Source: Chrysomallon squamiferum
Taxonomy: Eukaryota > Animalia > Mollusca
NCBI GenBank assembly: GCA_012295275.1
Contig: CM022672.1
Location: 19,592,001-19,656,000, forward strand
Length of the DNA: 64,000 bases
Reading direction: 5' to 3'
The position numbers were made by a program, and so were the translations under genes. This document shows, one piece after another, positions 29,591 through 42,000 of the stretch (position 1 is the stretch's first letter; each line of letters begins with the position of its first letter). The notes beneath the pieces were generated by a model. The model was not told the origin of the DNA and searched no databases. It saw only the letters and a list, made by a program, of their open reading frames with translations.

Positions 29591-32500
29591 AAAATGTGTT
29601 TCCAAGTTGTGTTTTGAAGCAGTTAGCCCCCATAACCTGCATGATTCTTTAAGGGAGAAGCTTTATTTACCTCATTGCTTTGAAGAGTTCCAATGGTATG
29701 TGAAGATGAGTCTGAAAATGCATTCTCTGCTCAAAGAGAATGGAGGGTGGGGGGAGAGAAAAAAACAACAAAAAAAAAAAAACATTCAGTGCTAGACTTG
29801 ATTCAGGCCAAACTATTTACTTTGTAATATTAGTAGGAGTTCCTGAAAAAGATGTTTCATAAAATACAAGTTTCTTTTTTTTTTTTTTTTTTTTTTTTTG
29901 TTGTTTTTAAAAAAACTTTTAGGTTTATTTATTTGTTGCAGTTTTTTTTCTATTTACTTGTGTTACTTATGGGGAAACAAATAACAAGATGAAATAGAAT
30001 AAGAACTAAAAATGTTACACAAAATATATATAAATATATAAAAAAAAAATTCAATATATTATACTGCTTTTATACTAATAGCATTATATAATACTATAGT
30101 ATACATAGAGCGAGATATAATCATTAGCAATTAAGAATTACAACAGTAACAACAAACACTATAACCACCACTACTACTACTACTACCATAACTACTACCA
30201 CCACCACCACCACCACCACCACTGCTACTACTGCTGCTGCTGTATCTACCACTACTACTACTACTTTTCACTAGTACTACTGCAGCTTCCACTACTTGTA
30301 CTACTACTACTACTACTACTATACTGTTAACACCATCATCATCATCATCATGACAACAAACAAATATGTAGTAACCTACACTAATTATCTGTGTAAGTTA
30401 CCTAGGAGTAAACTCCGCTATCTTTCACCAGTTCAGTGTTTGTGAAAATACTTACCCTCATGCTTCACCTGGTTTCATTGTAGGTAAACATTAGAGAAGA
30501 TATACACTTTTTTTTTTTTTTTTTTTAAACACTTCTCTGTACATGGTTGAGGTGGTATTGATGTACAGTCAGTCAAGTGTTGTACCAGCTACACCACAAA
30601 TTATTATTATCCTTTTTCTGTGCCGTTTCTGTTCTTTCTGCAGAAAATAATGGTTATCTATTTATAGTTCCATATTTTTTCCTCGTTTCTTTTCTTTTCT
30701 TTTCGTTTGTTCTTTCATTTTTTTTGGGTTGGGGTGTGTGTGTGTGTGTGTGTGGGTGGGGTGGATTGGGGATGAATTATTTATTCAATATTTTATTTAA
30801 ATTTTAAAGTTTTTAAATTTTAATTTTAAAGTTTTTTTTAAATTGTTTATTATTAAAAAAAAAATTGTAATATGTTTAGAATAAGAATCTTAATGTTTTG
30901 AATTTGATTTTTTTTTTAATTGTTTATTTTTAAATATATTTTTTATAATATATTTAGAATAAAAGTTTTAAAGTTTTTAGTTTGATTTTTTTTTATAATT
31001 TGTTTATTATTAAATATATTTTAAATTTTTATAAAAAAAACAAGTTGGTGTTTTATTTAATAAATATATAAAATGTATTTAAAATAAATGAATTAATTCA
31101 GCTTTAAAAAAAAAATAATTGTATGAAAGAAAGGGCATTTGAATTAAGAGTATTAATTTTATTTGTATTTATTTTAAAACATTTAAAAAAAAAAAAAATG
31201 TTGTACTTATTTTTTAATACCTTTTCTGTGATGTATATTTAATATAAGTGTTATTTTTAAAATTCAATTTAAGCAGAATTTTTTTTCAATATTTTGCTTC
31301 TTTTGTTTCTGTTTTTATTAATAATTATTTTAAAAATGGATTGTTCAGTAGAAATGTCCTATTAAGTTTTTATTATTATTACTTCAGTTTTAATGTTTAC
31401 ATACCTTTTTTTTTTCATTTCTTTCCTTTCTCTGTTTAATCTTTCTTTCTTCTTTTTTTATAATTTTTTTTTTTATAAGCCATTTAAAATATCTAATTAC
31501 TATATATATATTCTTTTTTAGAATCTTTTTTCTTTTTGACTTAAGTATTAAATTTTCTTTTTAACACTCCTTGTTGTATTTGAAACATTTTCTAACAATT
31601 TTTTCTTAAAGCATTCCTGGATGAATCATTTAAGCTGAAATAGTTTTTATTTTATTATTTATTTATTATTTATTATTACTTTAGTAAATTATGACCTTGA
31701 TTTTCTTTTAGTGTTGTGCTTGGACTTTGTTTTTATATTAAAAAATATATATATATTTTTTTTTAAATCCTAAACACACACAAACACACATACTTTTTTA
31801 ATTTTTAATTTTTTGGTAACCTAATTGAATGCTAACTGAATTTGAATAATTTGTCTGAATTTAAGTTACCTGTTTGAAACTACAAACATATCTTCTAAGA
31901 CACATAATACTTTTGATTCTCTTGCATTATTTTGTTCTGAGAGTTTTAATTTTTGGGAAACTTCTCTCTTTTTTTTTTTTTTTTTTTTCTCTATTTTAGC
32001 TTTATTTTATTTTATTTTTTGTGTTTTTTATTATTATTATTATATTTCAAGATATATAAATATATAAAACAGAAAATAAGAAGCACATATTTTATCAATA
32101 ATGTACTGTTTTATAATCAAAGTAGTTTTATTTTTTTATTTATTTATTTATTTATTTATTTATTTTATTCTTTTTTTTTTTGGTATACTATCATTCTTAA
32201 ACACATGATGTATTTTATAGACATGTAATTTGGCAAGGAATAAGACGAAAAACTAGTAATATTAGAAATTTAAGATAAATTGTACACTATTTCTGTGTAC
32301 AAATTTTTTATTTTTGTTTTGCTCTGGAAATGTATTATTTGTTTCATATATATATATATATATATTTAAATATTACATCCTTTAGTTTGTTTCAGAAACA
32401 TGTGTATCATGTTTTATATAGAATTCCTCAAGCATCTGAGCATGCTATTTAGATATGTTTATTAATAAATAACTAAAAAATGGTTAAACAAATACATATA

Positions 32501-33170
32501 TTAGTAAGTAGATATATATATATATATATATATATTTATTTTTTTCACCCATTTTTTATTTATTTATTAATAATCATATCTAAATAGCAATGCTCAAATG
32601 CTTGAGGAATTTTACAGTCATGTAATTTGGCAGATTAAATGTGAAAAACCCCATAAAATACAAAATAAAATGTAACACTAGATATTCTTTACATTCTTTA
32701 TAATATTAAAACTACTGGTCTTTTTTTTTTCTTATTATTAGGAATTTTTGTTGGTATGTTCAGGAAATAATAAGTATCTCATTCAGTATGGATAATTTTA
32801 ATATCTTTCTCGCATACTGGATGAATTTTATAGTTCCCATAATTTGGCATGTTGCAGTGTTAAGAATATGAGATAAATCATTATTTAACTTGTAAAATCA
32901 ATACTATTAGGAAACATGAGCTATGTTTTTTTTTTAATTTTAATTTCCTTATGGAAACTTATTGTTTTAAATTATTTATTTATTTATTTATTTATTTTTC
33001 AATGATATAATTGTTTTTAAAGACAACATGAAAGAGAGAGAAGAGAGACACACACACACACACACACAGAGCAATAGAGAAATAGAGAAAGTGAGAGACA
33101 GAGAGAGGTAGAGAGATAGAAAGTGAATTAGATAGAGAAAGTGAGAGAGAGAGAAAGCGAGAAAGAGAGA

Positions 33171-33241
<71 letters not shown>

Positions 33242-33939
33242 ACATCACATACCAGTATTAAGATTTAAAAGCAGCTGTGACAGTGTTTAAACTGATGTGT
33301 TGAGTTCAGAGATCGTGACACAAAGTGTGTAAACAGCAGAAGCCAGTTAGTTTAAGACATTAAACACGGTAACCTGACATATGTGTTAACTTTCTGAACA
33401 TTTTAAATAATTTATATAATTGTATAAGATGACAGTATTATGGGTATTTTTTTTTTCACTCTCTCTCTTTTCTTTTTTAGATGTAATTTATACACTCTTT
33501 TCTTCATTTTTTTGGTTTTTCTTCTTTTTTCTTCTTTTTTAAAAATATAATTTGTACAGAATAGGAAGATATATATTATTTGATGAAATATATGTTTTTT
33601 TTTATTACTTAACATGATAGAATGGGCTTCTTTACATGCGATAGGCTACTTTTTTCCCAGTTAGCAGAAAGGGATATTTTATGTGCACCTTCTTACAGAC
33701 AGCACGGCACGTACCGCAGACTTTGATAAATCTGTTACGGTTAAACCGCGAACATTTATTTAAGCCAGGTTTCTAGTACACTTTCCCCATTCCTGACAGT
33801 CACAGTCTTCCATAATAGTTATTTCTCTCATACTTTTCATGTTGGGATTTTACAAAAACAGCCATTACCGAGAGATTTGATGTATTTTTTATTTCCCTGA
33901 AGCAGACGATTTCCTCCAGTTCCTTTGGTCTGTTCCAGC

Positions 33940-33972
<33 letters not shown>

Positions 33973-34086
33973 AACCTCTCATGTAGGTCTGCTAAACAAA
34001 TTGAAATACGGTGTTCCCCCTTATCCTGGCTCCTCCCCCTGCTTCCCATCAAATTAACTGTGTTCTTTGATCAGCATAACTCTCTT

Positions 34087-34120
<34 letters not shown>

Positions 34121-36073
34121 AGTAAATATATTTTTCTGTCTTTATATTTAATCTATATATAGACAGTCAGAGGTCTACAGAAGGTCACGTAACCTTTCTT
34201 GGCTTTCTCACAAGCTGTTCACACTTGGCTATCTCCAGTATGATGGTCCTCTCTGAACTGCAGGTTATCTCAAAGTGAGGGTTCTTAAGTATGTAGGGAT
34301 TAGCTGGAGAGAAAGAGCAACACCTTTTGTAATCCAATACTGCCAAGCAATCACAACAACTTAAAAAAAAAAAAAAATGTGACCTGCAACAATACAGGAC
34401 TGTTATTTGTCTCTTCCTTGGTCTCCTTGTCTTCTTCTTCTTCTTCTTCTTCTTCTTCTTCTTCTTCTTCCATGACTGGTAGTGCTGCCTTTACCTTGTT
34501 TTCCTAATAACAGTGCCAATCATACTGTGTCTTTGTTGAATGAGTAGAGATGTTAACTCATTATTTTTTTTTTTTTGTTTGATACTTACATCTTCTAGCG
34601 TAAGTTAATTAATTACTCCTTGTCCTGAATCTTTTTTTGAAGCAGACGTATCTCTGTTTCTTAAGTGGATGGTATAATTTTTTGTTCTTTTCTATTTTTT
34701 AGCTTTTTTTGTTGAATATATTATATTCAAGGATCAGTTAGTTGTTAATTGTCTGAGGTTCTGATTTTGTGTTAATATTGATGATAGAGATTTTTCAATT
34801 ATTACTGTTATTTTCTGAGTTTTTAATTTTTTTAGTTTAGGTAATTTATCCCTTATCCTACATCCTTATCAAAGCAGTTATAGTAATATTTTGTGTTTCT
34901 TAATTTGAATAATTTCATATTTCATGCATAAACATACATATGTGTGTATATATGTTTGTCAGTAAGTTATTTTCTAGTACTGTTCAATTATCCATTATCT
35001 AGAATGTTTATTGCAGTAAATGTCAGTAAGGATAATATAACTAGTAACAACAATACAAAATTCTTTAAGCTTTTTGATATTTGATTATTTGATTTATGAC
35101 AGTTGTACTAATCCATTGTTATGATAGTCCATGCACACACACACACACATTTTACTTCTTCTTTTCTGACCACTTCATATGTTAGCAAGAAAGATTAATT
35201 TTCCCTTGCTTTTCTCTTTACCAATTAGTCCTTTAATTTTGAGTGTGATTTTTTGTGATAGGGTGTAGTGGTCATGATTTTTAGTTTCTTGTCTGCCACA
35301 GAATAGTCACAACAAACTGAGTTAAAACTGTTGTGTTGTATCAAATTTTCATGAAACTGAAAGGTAAAACGTACCAGCCTGATGTAATCATTGGCAATAA
35401 CTGACAAATTGACTGTTCAAGTGATTTTCTTAAATGCAGTCATAAAATAAACATTAAAAAAAAAATGTATAAAAAATAAATAAACAATAAAAAAATTTTA
35501 AAATTAAAAAGATTGAAAATAAAAATAAAATAAATAAAATATAAATAAAATAATAACAATAATAATAATAATAATAATAAAAATAATAATAATAAAAATT
35601 TAACCCCCATACCAGATTCTTTAAGTTGATGTAACCTGGGTGGCCATGTGAGTAATAAATTCACTCTATCAGAATGGTTCCAGTGTTAGCTAAACTTGTA
35701 ATTGTAGAACTTAGTCATAAAACTCTCGAGTGCTCTGCAACTCACTGCTCAAGTGCTGTGGGTTGAAAGATCAGCTGTCCTCGACGAACCCAGTGAGTCA
35801 GTTCCCGTTCCAATCAAGTTTATCAAAGACTAAGTAACATAAACTGTCCTCATTAAGTTGAATGAATAAAAGATCCATTGCTGGGTTTCTTGTGAGTGTA
35901 TGAATGGGTGAGTCCAAAGTCATTTGTATGTTTGTTTACATATGTATGTGTTTTGTATGTGTTTTGTGGATATGGGTGTGGATACGGATGTGTGTGTGTT
36001 CTTAAGTATGTATGTATATAGATAGGTGTGCATATATGTATGTATTATGTATGTATATTTGTATGTATGTATG

Positions 36074-36107
<34 letters not shown>

Positions 36108-36666
36108 TGTATATTTGTATGTATATATGCATTTATTTATATATGTATATATTATATATATGTACGATTGTAAATAGGAGTGCATGTATATATGAATGTA
36201 CATATGTATGTATGTATGTAAAAAAGGTCTGTATGTGAACATGTATAAATATATGTTTGTATGAACATACGTACATATGTACATATGTACAAATGTATGT
36301 GTTACATGTGCATACATTATATATGCACATGCATGTGTGGTATAACAGGTACATATATCACTGGCAGTCAAACATATCCGCCGCTGTTGCTGCCTGTTTT
36401 GTTTTGAACACAGACGTATTTTCTGTGGAGGGTAAGCTGCAACAGGCTTACTCTTTTAACACATTCCATATTCTGCTCTGCTTGGTTTGAAACACGACTG
36501 TAATTATTTCCAGCCAAATGCTGTGTCCTTTTAAAACATGATGTACAGATTGTCATGTTGCTACAAGCAGCCTGTCAGTGGGAGGTCTAGCCTCTGATCT
36601 GCAGTTTCTATTTGAAACACATCAAACGGAGATAAACTCCAAAACGTTCTTAAGACTATTTTGGTG

Positions 36667-36706
<40 letters not shown>

Positions 36707-37187
36707 GGTGGGGGGGAGAAAAAGGTAATTAATTTCTAGTTCAGTTGAACATGAGATGGTTTAGGTATGTTGTAGATTTTAATTATGATTTGTTTAAATA
36801 TCGGTTGAGAACTTGTTAATCGTCAGTGTGTGTGTATTCATAAAATGTCTGCATGCTGACCCAACCCGACTCCTCTGTACTTCGTCTGTTCATTTATCCT
36901 CTTACAAGTTTTGTTTCTCTGTTACGGTACCTCAGTTTAATTATTCAGTTTTGTTTTTTTGTTCACTGACATACATTTGCATATTAAAACACACTTGTAT
37001 ACACATTTACACATGCTCACTTGCACACAGTTGCACACCATCACATACAGACATTCACACATACATGCACATGCACATACATATGCACAGATATACACAA
37101 ACATGCATGCAATACATTATAACACACACACACACACACACGCAATACATTAACACATACACATAAACACCACTCCAAACACACACC

Positions 37188-37222
<35 letters not shown>

Positions 37223-37635
37223 ATATATATATATTTTTTTTTCTAACAACAGTGCACCATTATATTTAAATCTCCCAATCTATAAACAGAATCACATAAA
37301 TCAGAAATAAATGTGACATTAAATATTAACTTGTTTTCAACAGCAGTACATGTGTGTGAAACAGTTTGAATCAATGAATTATTTATTATCTCCAGTGGTT
37401 TTTAAGACTGTGTATATTTTCTGGGTAGCCTGTGCCATATCACTGTTATAACTTTATAAATTATAGCTATCACTCCAGCTGTCATAACAAAGGCAACATT
37501 AATAGAGTTTGTATACAAGTTAAAGGAATACCCCACGTTATATGTGAGATTGATACTGTGAGTTGAAAACAGATGTTTGACTACTGTGTCATTACAGCTG
37601 TTTAATAAATTTAAAAAGAATTATTTTAGAATTTA

Positions 37636-37700
<65 letters not shown>

Positions 37701-39002
37701 TAATAAAATGAAAATAATAATAATAATAATAAGAAGAATTTCTGTCTGCCTAAAAGATGTTCTGTGCTGTTAGTTCATATTTCAAATTGTTTTATATTTA
37801 AAATTAATTAAATAAAAAATGTATAAATTTTACTTTAATTAAAAATCATTAAAAAAGTAAATCACAAATAAAAGTAAAATTAATAAGAATGAAGTAACAC
37901 AGAATTTATAAAAGTAATGAAAAGTAAGTAAAACAAAAATGTACAAAGTTAATAATTAAAGTAAATAAAGTAAGAAAAACACCTTTAATAAAATTTGTTT
38001 TAAAAATCCAAATACAGTATATAAAATTAATAAAACAAATTATATAAAACAGAAATATATAAAATTACTTGAAGTTTAAATTTTTATTTTTGAAATTATT
38101 TTAAAAACAACTTAAAATATGTAAAATTATTTGAAACTAATAATAATAACGATAATAATAATAATAAATAAATAAACAAATATTGTAAAAAAAAATAATA
38201 ATAACATATAAAAAATACAACCTCAAAAAATGTAAAATTAATATTAATTAAAAGTTAAAAAAAAAGAAAAAAGTATAACTATAAAAAAAATAAAGCAAAC
38301 AAAATTATGTAAAATTACATAAAATTATTAAAATAATAAAAAAAAAAACCCTCAAAAATATGTAAAATTTAATAAAAAATAAATAAAAACCAAAGCATGA
38401 AAAATTACTTTAATAAAATCTAAATAACAAAAAGAAATATGTATGTAAAGTACATAAAAACTAAATTAAACAACAATATGTAAAAATCACCTTAATATAA
38501 AAAAAAAAAAAAAAAAAAAATATAAATTAAAACAGGAATACATAAAATCATTTTAATAAGAACTGAGTCAAACAAAAAATTACCACTTCGCTTGCCTGTT
38601 ACTTAACATGTTCCTTTAACAGTTTCGTATATTTTTTACAAACAGAAATGCCTGATCCATTTAGCATATGTTAAACTTTTATTACCTCCATTCAAGAAAG
38701 GCTTGTACAGACCACATCATTTGTTTTCATTTTAAGACATTAAAGTTTTTAATGGGGGAAAAAACACAGGAATATGCATGGAAATGAAAGCAGTGGGAGC
38801 CTTTGATGCTGCCTTTCAAGTGTTACAGTCGTCCATTTTCTAATCTATATTATAATGAAGGTGTTTTCTGTGACAAACATTTGGTTGTAATTTAATTGAC
38901 AGCTTTGTTATTTGAAAAAACAAGGCAGTTACTGAATAAACTAGTAAAAAATACAACAAAAAAAAAGCTAAAAAAAAAAAGATAGTTATTCTGTAAGTGA
39001 AA

Positions 39003-39036
<34 letters not shown>

Positions 39037-42000
39037 GTAGCAGTAGTAGTAATAATAATGGTAATAATAATCATCATCATCATCATGATGTCTTCATAAT
39101 AATACTACTAATGAAAGAATTTTGATTATTACTGGAATGAAATTAATGATGTTAACTGTGTACAAAGGTTAGAGATTGAAATGTAACATGTGGGTTGCAT
39201 ATGGCAAACAGTTCTGTACCTATTTATCAGACACCTGTTTCTTGTTGTAAATCCTTCACTGCTCCATTTTCTTTTTCTTTTTTTTTTTTTTTTTTTGCAG
39301 GGCAGGGAAAAAACATATGTCAGGGGTGAAGGATATATATTTATATAGATAGTGTTAATGTAGATGTATTTAAATATAATAATAAATAATAAAAAGAAGG
39401 CTTGTAATACATGTGAGATATTTATTGGGAAAATAGAAGTAATAAAACGTAAAAATAAATAACAAAAACCAGGATTGTGAAGGACAGATATAAGGAGTTT
39501 GAAAGATAATGATAAATAGTGGAAATAAAGCTTATAATTATTAGAAAAATAGAAGTTTTGAATTATTACGATGATAATAAAAAGAAGGATTGTGAAGGAC
39601 GTTTATGGGAAATTTACAAGTATTAAAATACACAGATAAAATAATAATTAGAAAGCTTTTAATATTTGTGGGACATTTATCAAGAGAACAGAAGAATTAA
39701 AATATAAAATAAAATAATAAAAAGAAGGTGATGAAGTCATTCATAGTGAATTTAAAAGTATTAAAACATAATAGTAAAAAGATGGCTTTTAATAATTGCG
39801 GGATATTTATTAGGAAAATAGAAGTATTAAAATATTAGGATGATAGAAAGAAGAGTTGTAAGGGATACTTATGGGGAATTTACAAATATTAAAATAAAAT
39901 AATAATAAAAAAGATGGCTTATAATGTTGGGGGAATATTTACCTGGAAATTAGAAGAATTAAAACATTATGATTATAATAAAAAAAGATTTGTGAGGGAT
40001 ATTTAAGGGGTTTCTCAAAGTATTAAAACATAATAATAAATAATAATTAATGTGTTTTTAATAATTGTGGGATATTTATTAGCAAAATAGAAGTAATAAA
40101 ATATTATGATGAAAATAGAAAGAAGAGTTGTGAAGTATACTTATGGGCATTTTACAAATGTTAAAATATAATAATAATAACTGTGGAAAGTTTGTTGGAA
40201 AAATAGTACTAGCACTTCTCCATGTTACAAAACGATTCATTCCAAATTATCACCCATTAAGAAAAAACTTTTTTTTTTTTTTTTTCTTTAAAAACATCAC
40301 AAAACTGATGACTTTGGTTTCAGCCAAAACATTTTTATCATGAATTGTTAACAAATAAATAAAGGAAACTCAAACTTATAACAACTGACATTAAATCAAA
40401 GATATACACTCTTTCAAACAAAAAAAAAAACTTAGGAAAAAAACAAAAACACTTCTTTACAAAAACTGCCACATTTACAGCTAATTTTTAGTCACTTTGA
40501 TTTTCAACAGATGGGTTTGTTTTTTTTCTTCAGGAACATGTCAAGAGTTGTTTATTCTTTTTCTTTTCTTTACAAATTTGTCAATAACAAGCAGAAGAAT
40601 TTTTCAGATCTGTGATAACCTTTGGATCTTGTGAGGGAAACATTTTAATGGTTTCTTCTATGTATTCAACAGCCTCTTCAGGTCCTTTGAGTGTAGAACT
40701 CGTGCATTTCTTCTTCTTTTCTTTCCTCTTGCTTTTGTTTTCACAAGAGACTCATCATTAGAAAACTAATGTGTGTGTGTGTGTGTGTGTTTGTCCATGT
40801 ATCTGTCTCTGGGTGTATCTGTGTGTGTGTGTGTGTTAAGCCCGTACATGTGTTTCTCTGTATGGGTGTTTGTGTTTAAGTAAGTAATTCATGTTGTATA
40901 AGATAATATGTATTTTGGTAAAATGGTCACAATAAATGAAAATAAAAAGTTCAGAAAAAATTAAGTGTTTTTAATTGTAAGTTATGGATAAGAAACAGAC
41001 AAAAGGGAAAATGAAATGTCTTGAATTATTATGATGATAATTGATTAAGTTTGGGGAAATCCTAACAGCCAATTTCAGGAAAGAAATGAACAACTAATAA
41101 GAGAAATTTACAAGATGAAGGAAAAGGAATAATTTTGACATGTATTTTGATAATTATAAAAAGTTATAAGTATTGAAATGACTAGTTCTAGAGGAGGATC
41201 GAGGAAACTGCCAAGAAAAGGACAAAAATAAATAACCTTGAGTTGTATAAAGGTAAATGGGGGAAATGTAATGGACAGAAGTAATCAAAACAGGGAAGCA
41301 CTGGGCAAGAAACAGTAATGTAGAGAGTGAAATTTCTACCTGTACAGAAGAAATACCATGACTATATTTTTTATTTATTACTGTTGTTATTATGTTTCAC
41401 TGACTGGAAGGGGAGGGATGTTGACAGGTGAGGTCGTGGAACGTCAGCAGGTATTGAACTAATCAGCAGTATTTTGGCCTACCGTTCTGATTCTAAATGC
41501 CACAACCTTACTCAGCAAGCCCACCTCCGAAAGCAGATACACGCACCATGTGTTTTGTGTTGCATAATGTTCTGCAAACACAGGAGGCCAGAGCAGGAGC
41601 TGGGGTTCACCTTGTTTTGATCAGCGCTGTGATGTGTTTACGTGACTAATTGCGTAAACAGATTGGACTTGTAGGGCCTGCACTGGCAACTGTTTGAAGT
41701 TTGCTGATAATTCCATCACACCACTGTCATGTATTTAACACTGCGTACTCTGGGCTTTCTCACATGCAGAGCAGAGTTCACTTCTGTGGTGCTGCTGGTT
41801 GGGTTTGAGGGGTCAGGGGTTCAAACCTCATTAGAGGATCTGATGTGATTCATTTTTTTTTTTTTTTTTTTTGTGCTGATTGTACGAGATTTATCTTGTT
41901 TGATTCTATGAGGTCAATGTCTCATGTGTGTTAATGAAATTGTAGCCAGAGTTGGATGCAGAAAGATCTTCTTCTACTTCTTCTTCTTCTTTTTCTTCTT

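Noticed and set aside
41400-41850. tRNA-like fragments (B-box-like GGTTCAAACC near 41818; minus-strand AGTTCAATACC near 41450-41460)
   Set aside because: No cloverleaf could be built. At best these are decayed tRNA-derived SINE heads, so no tRNA is called.
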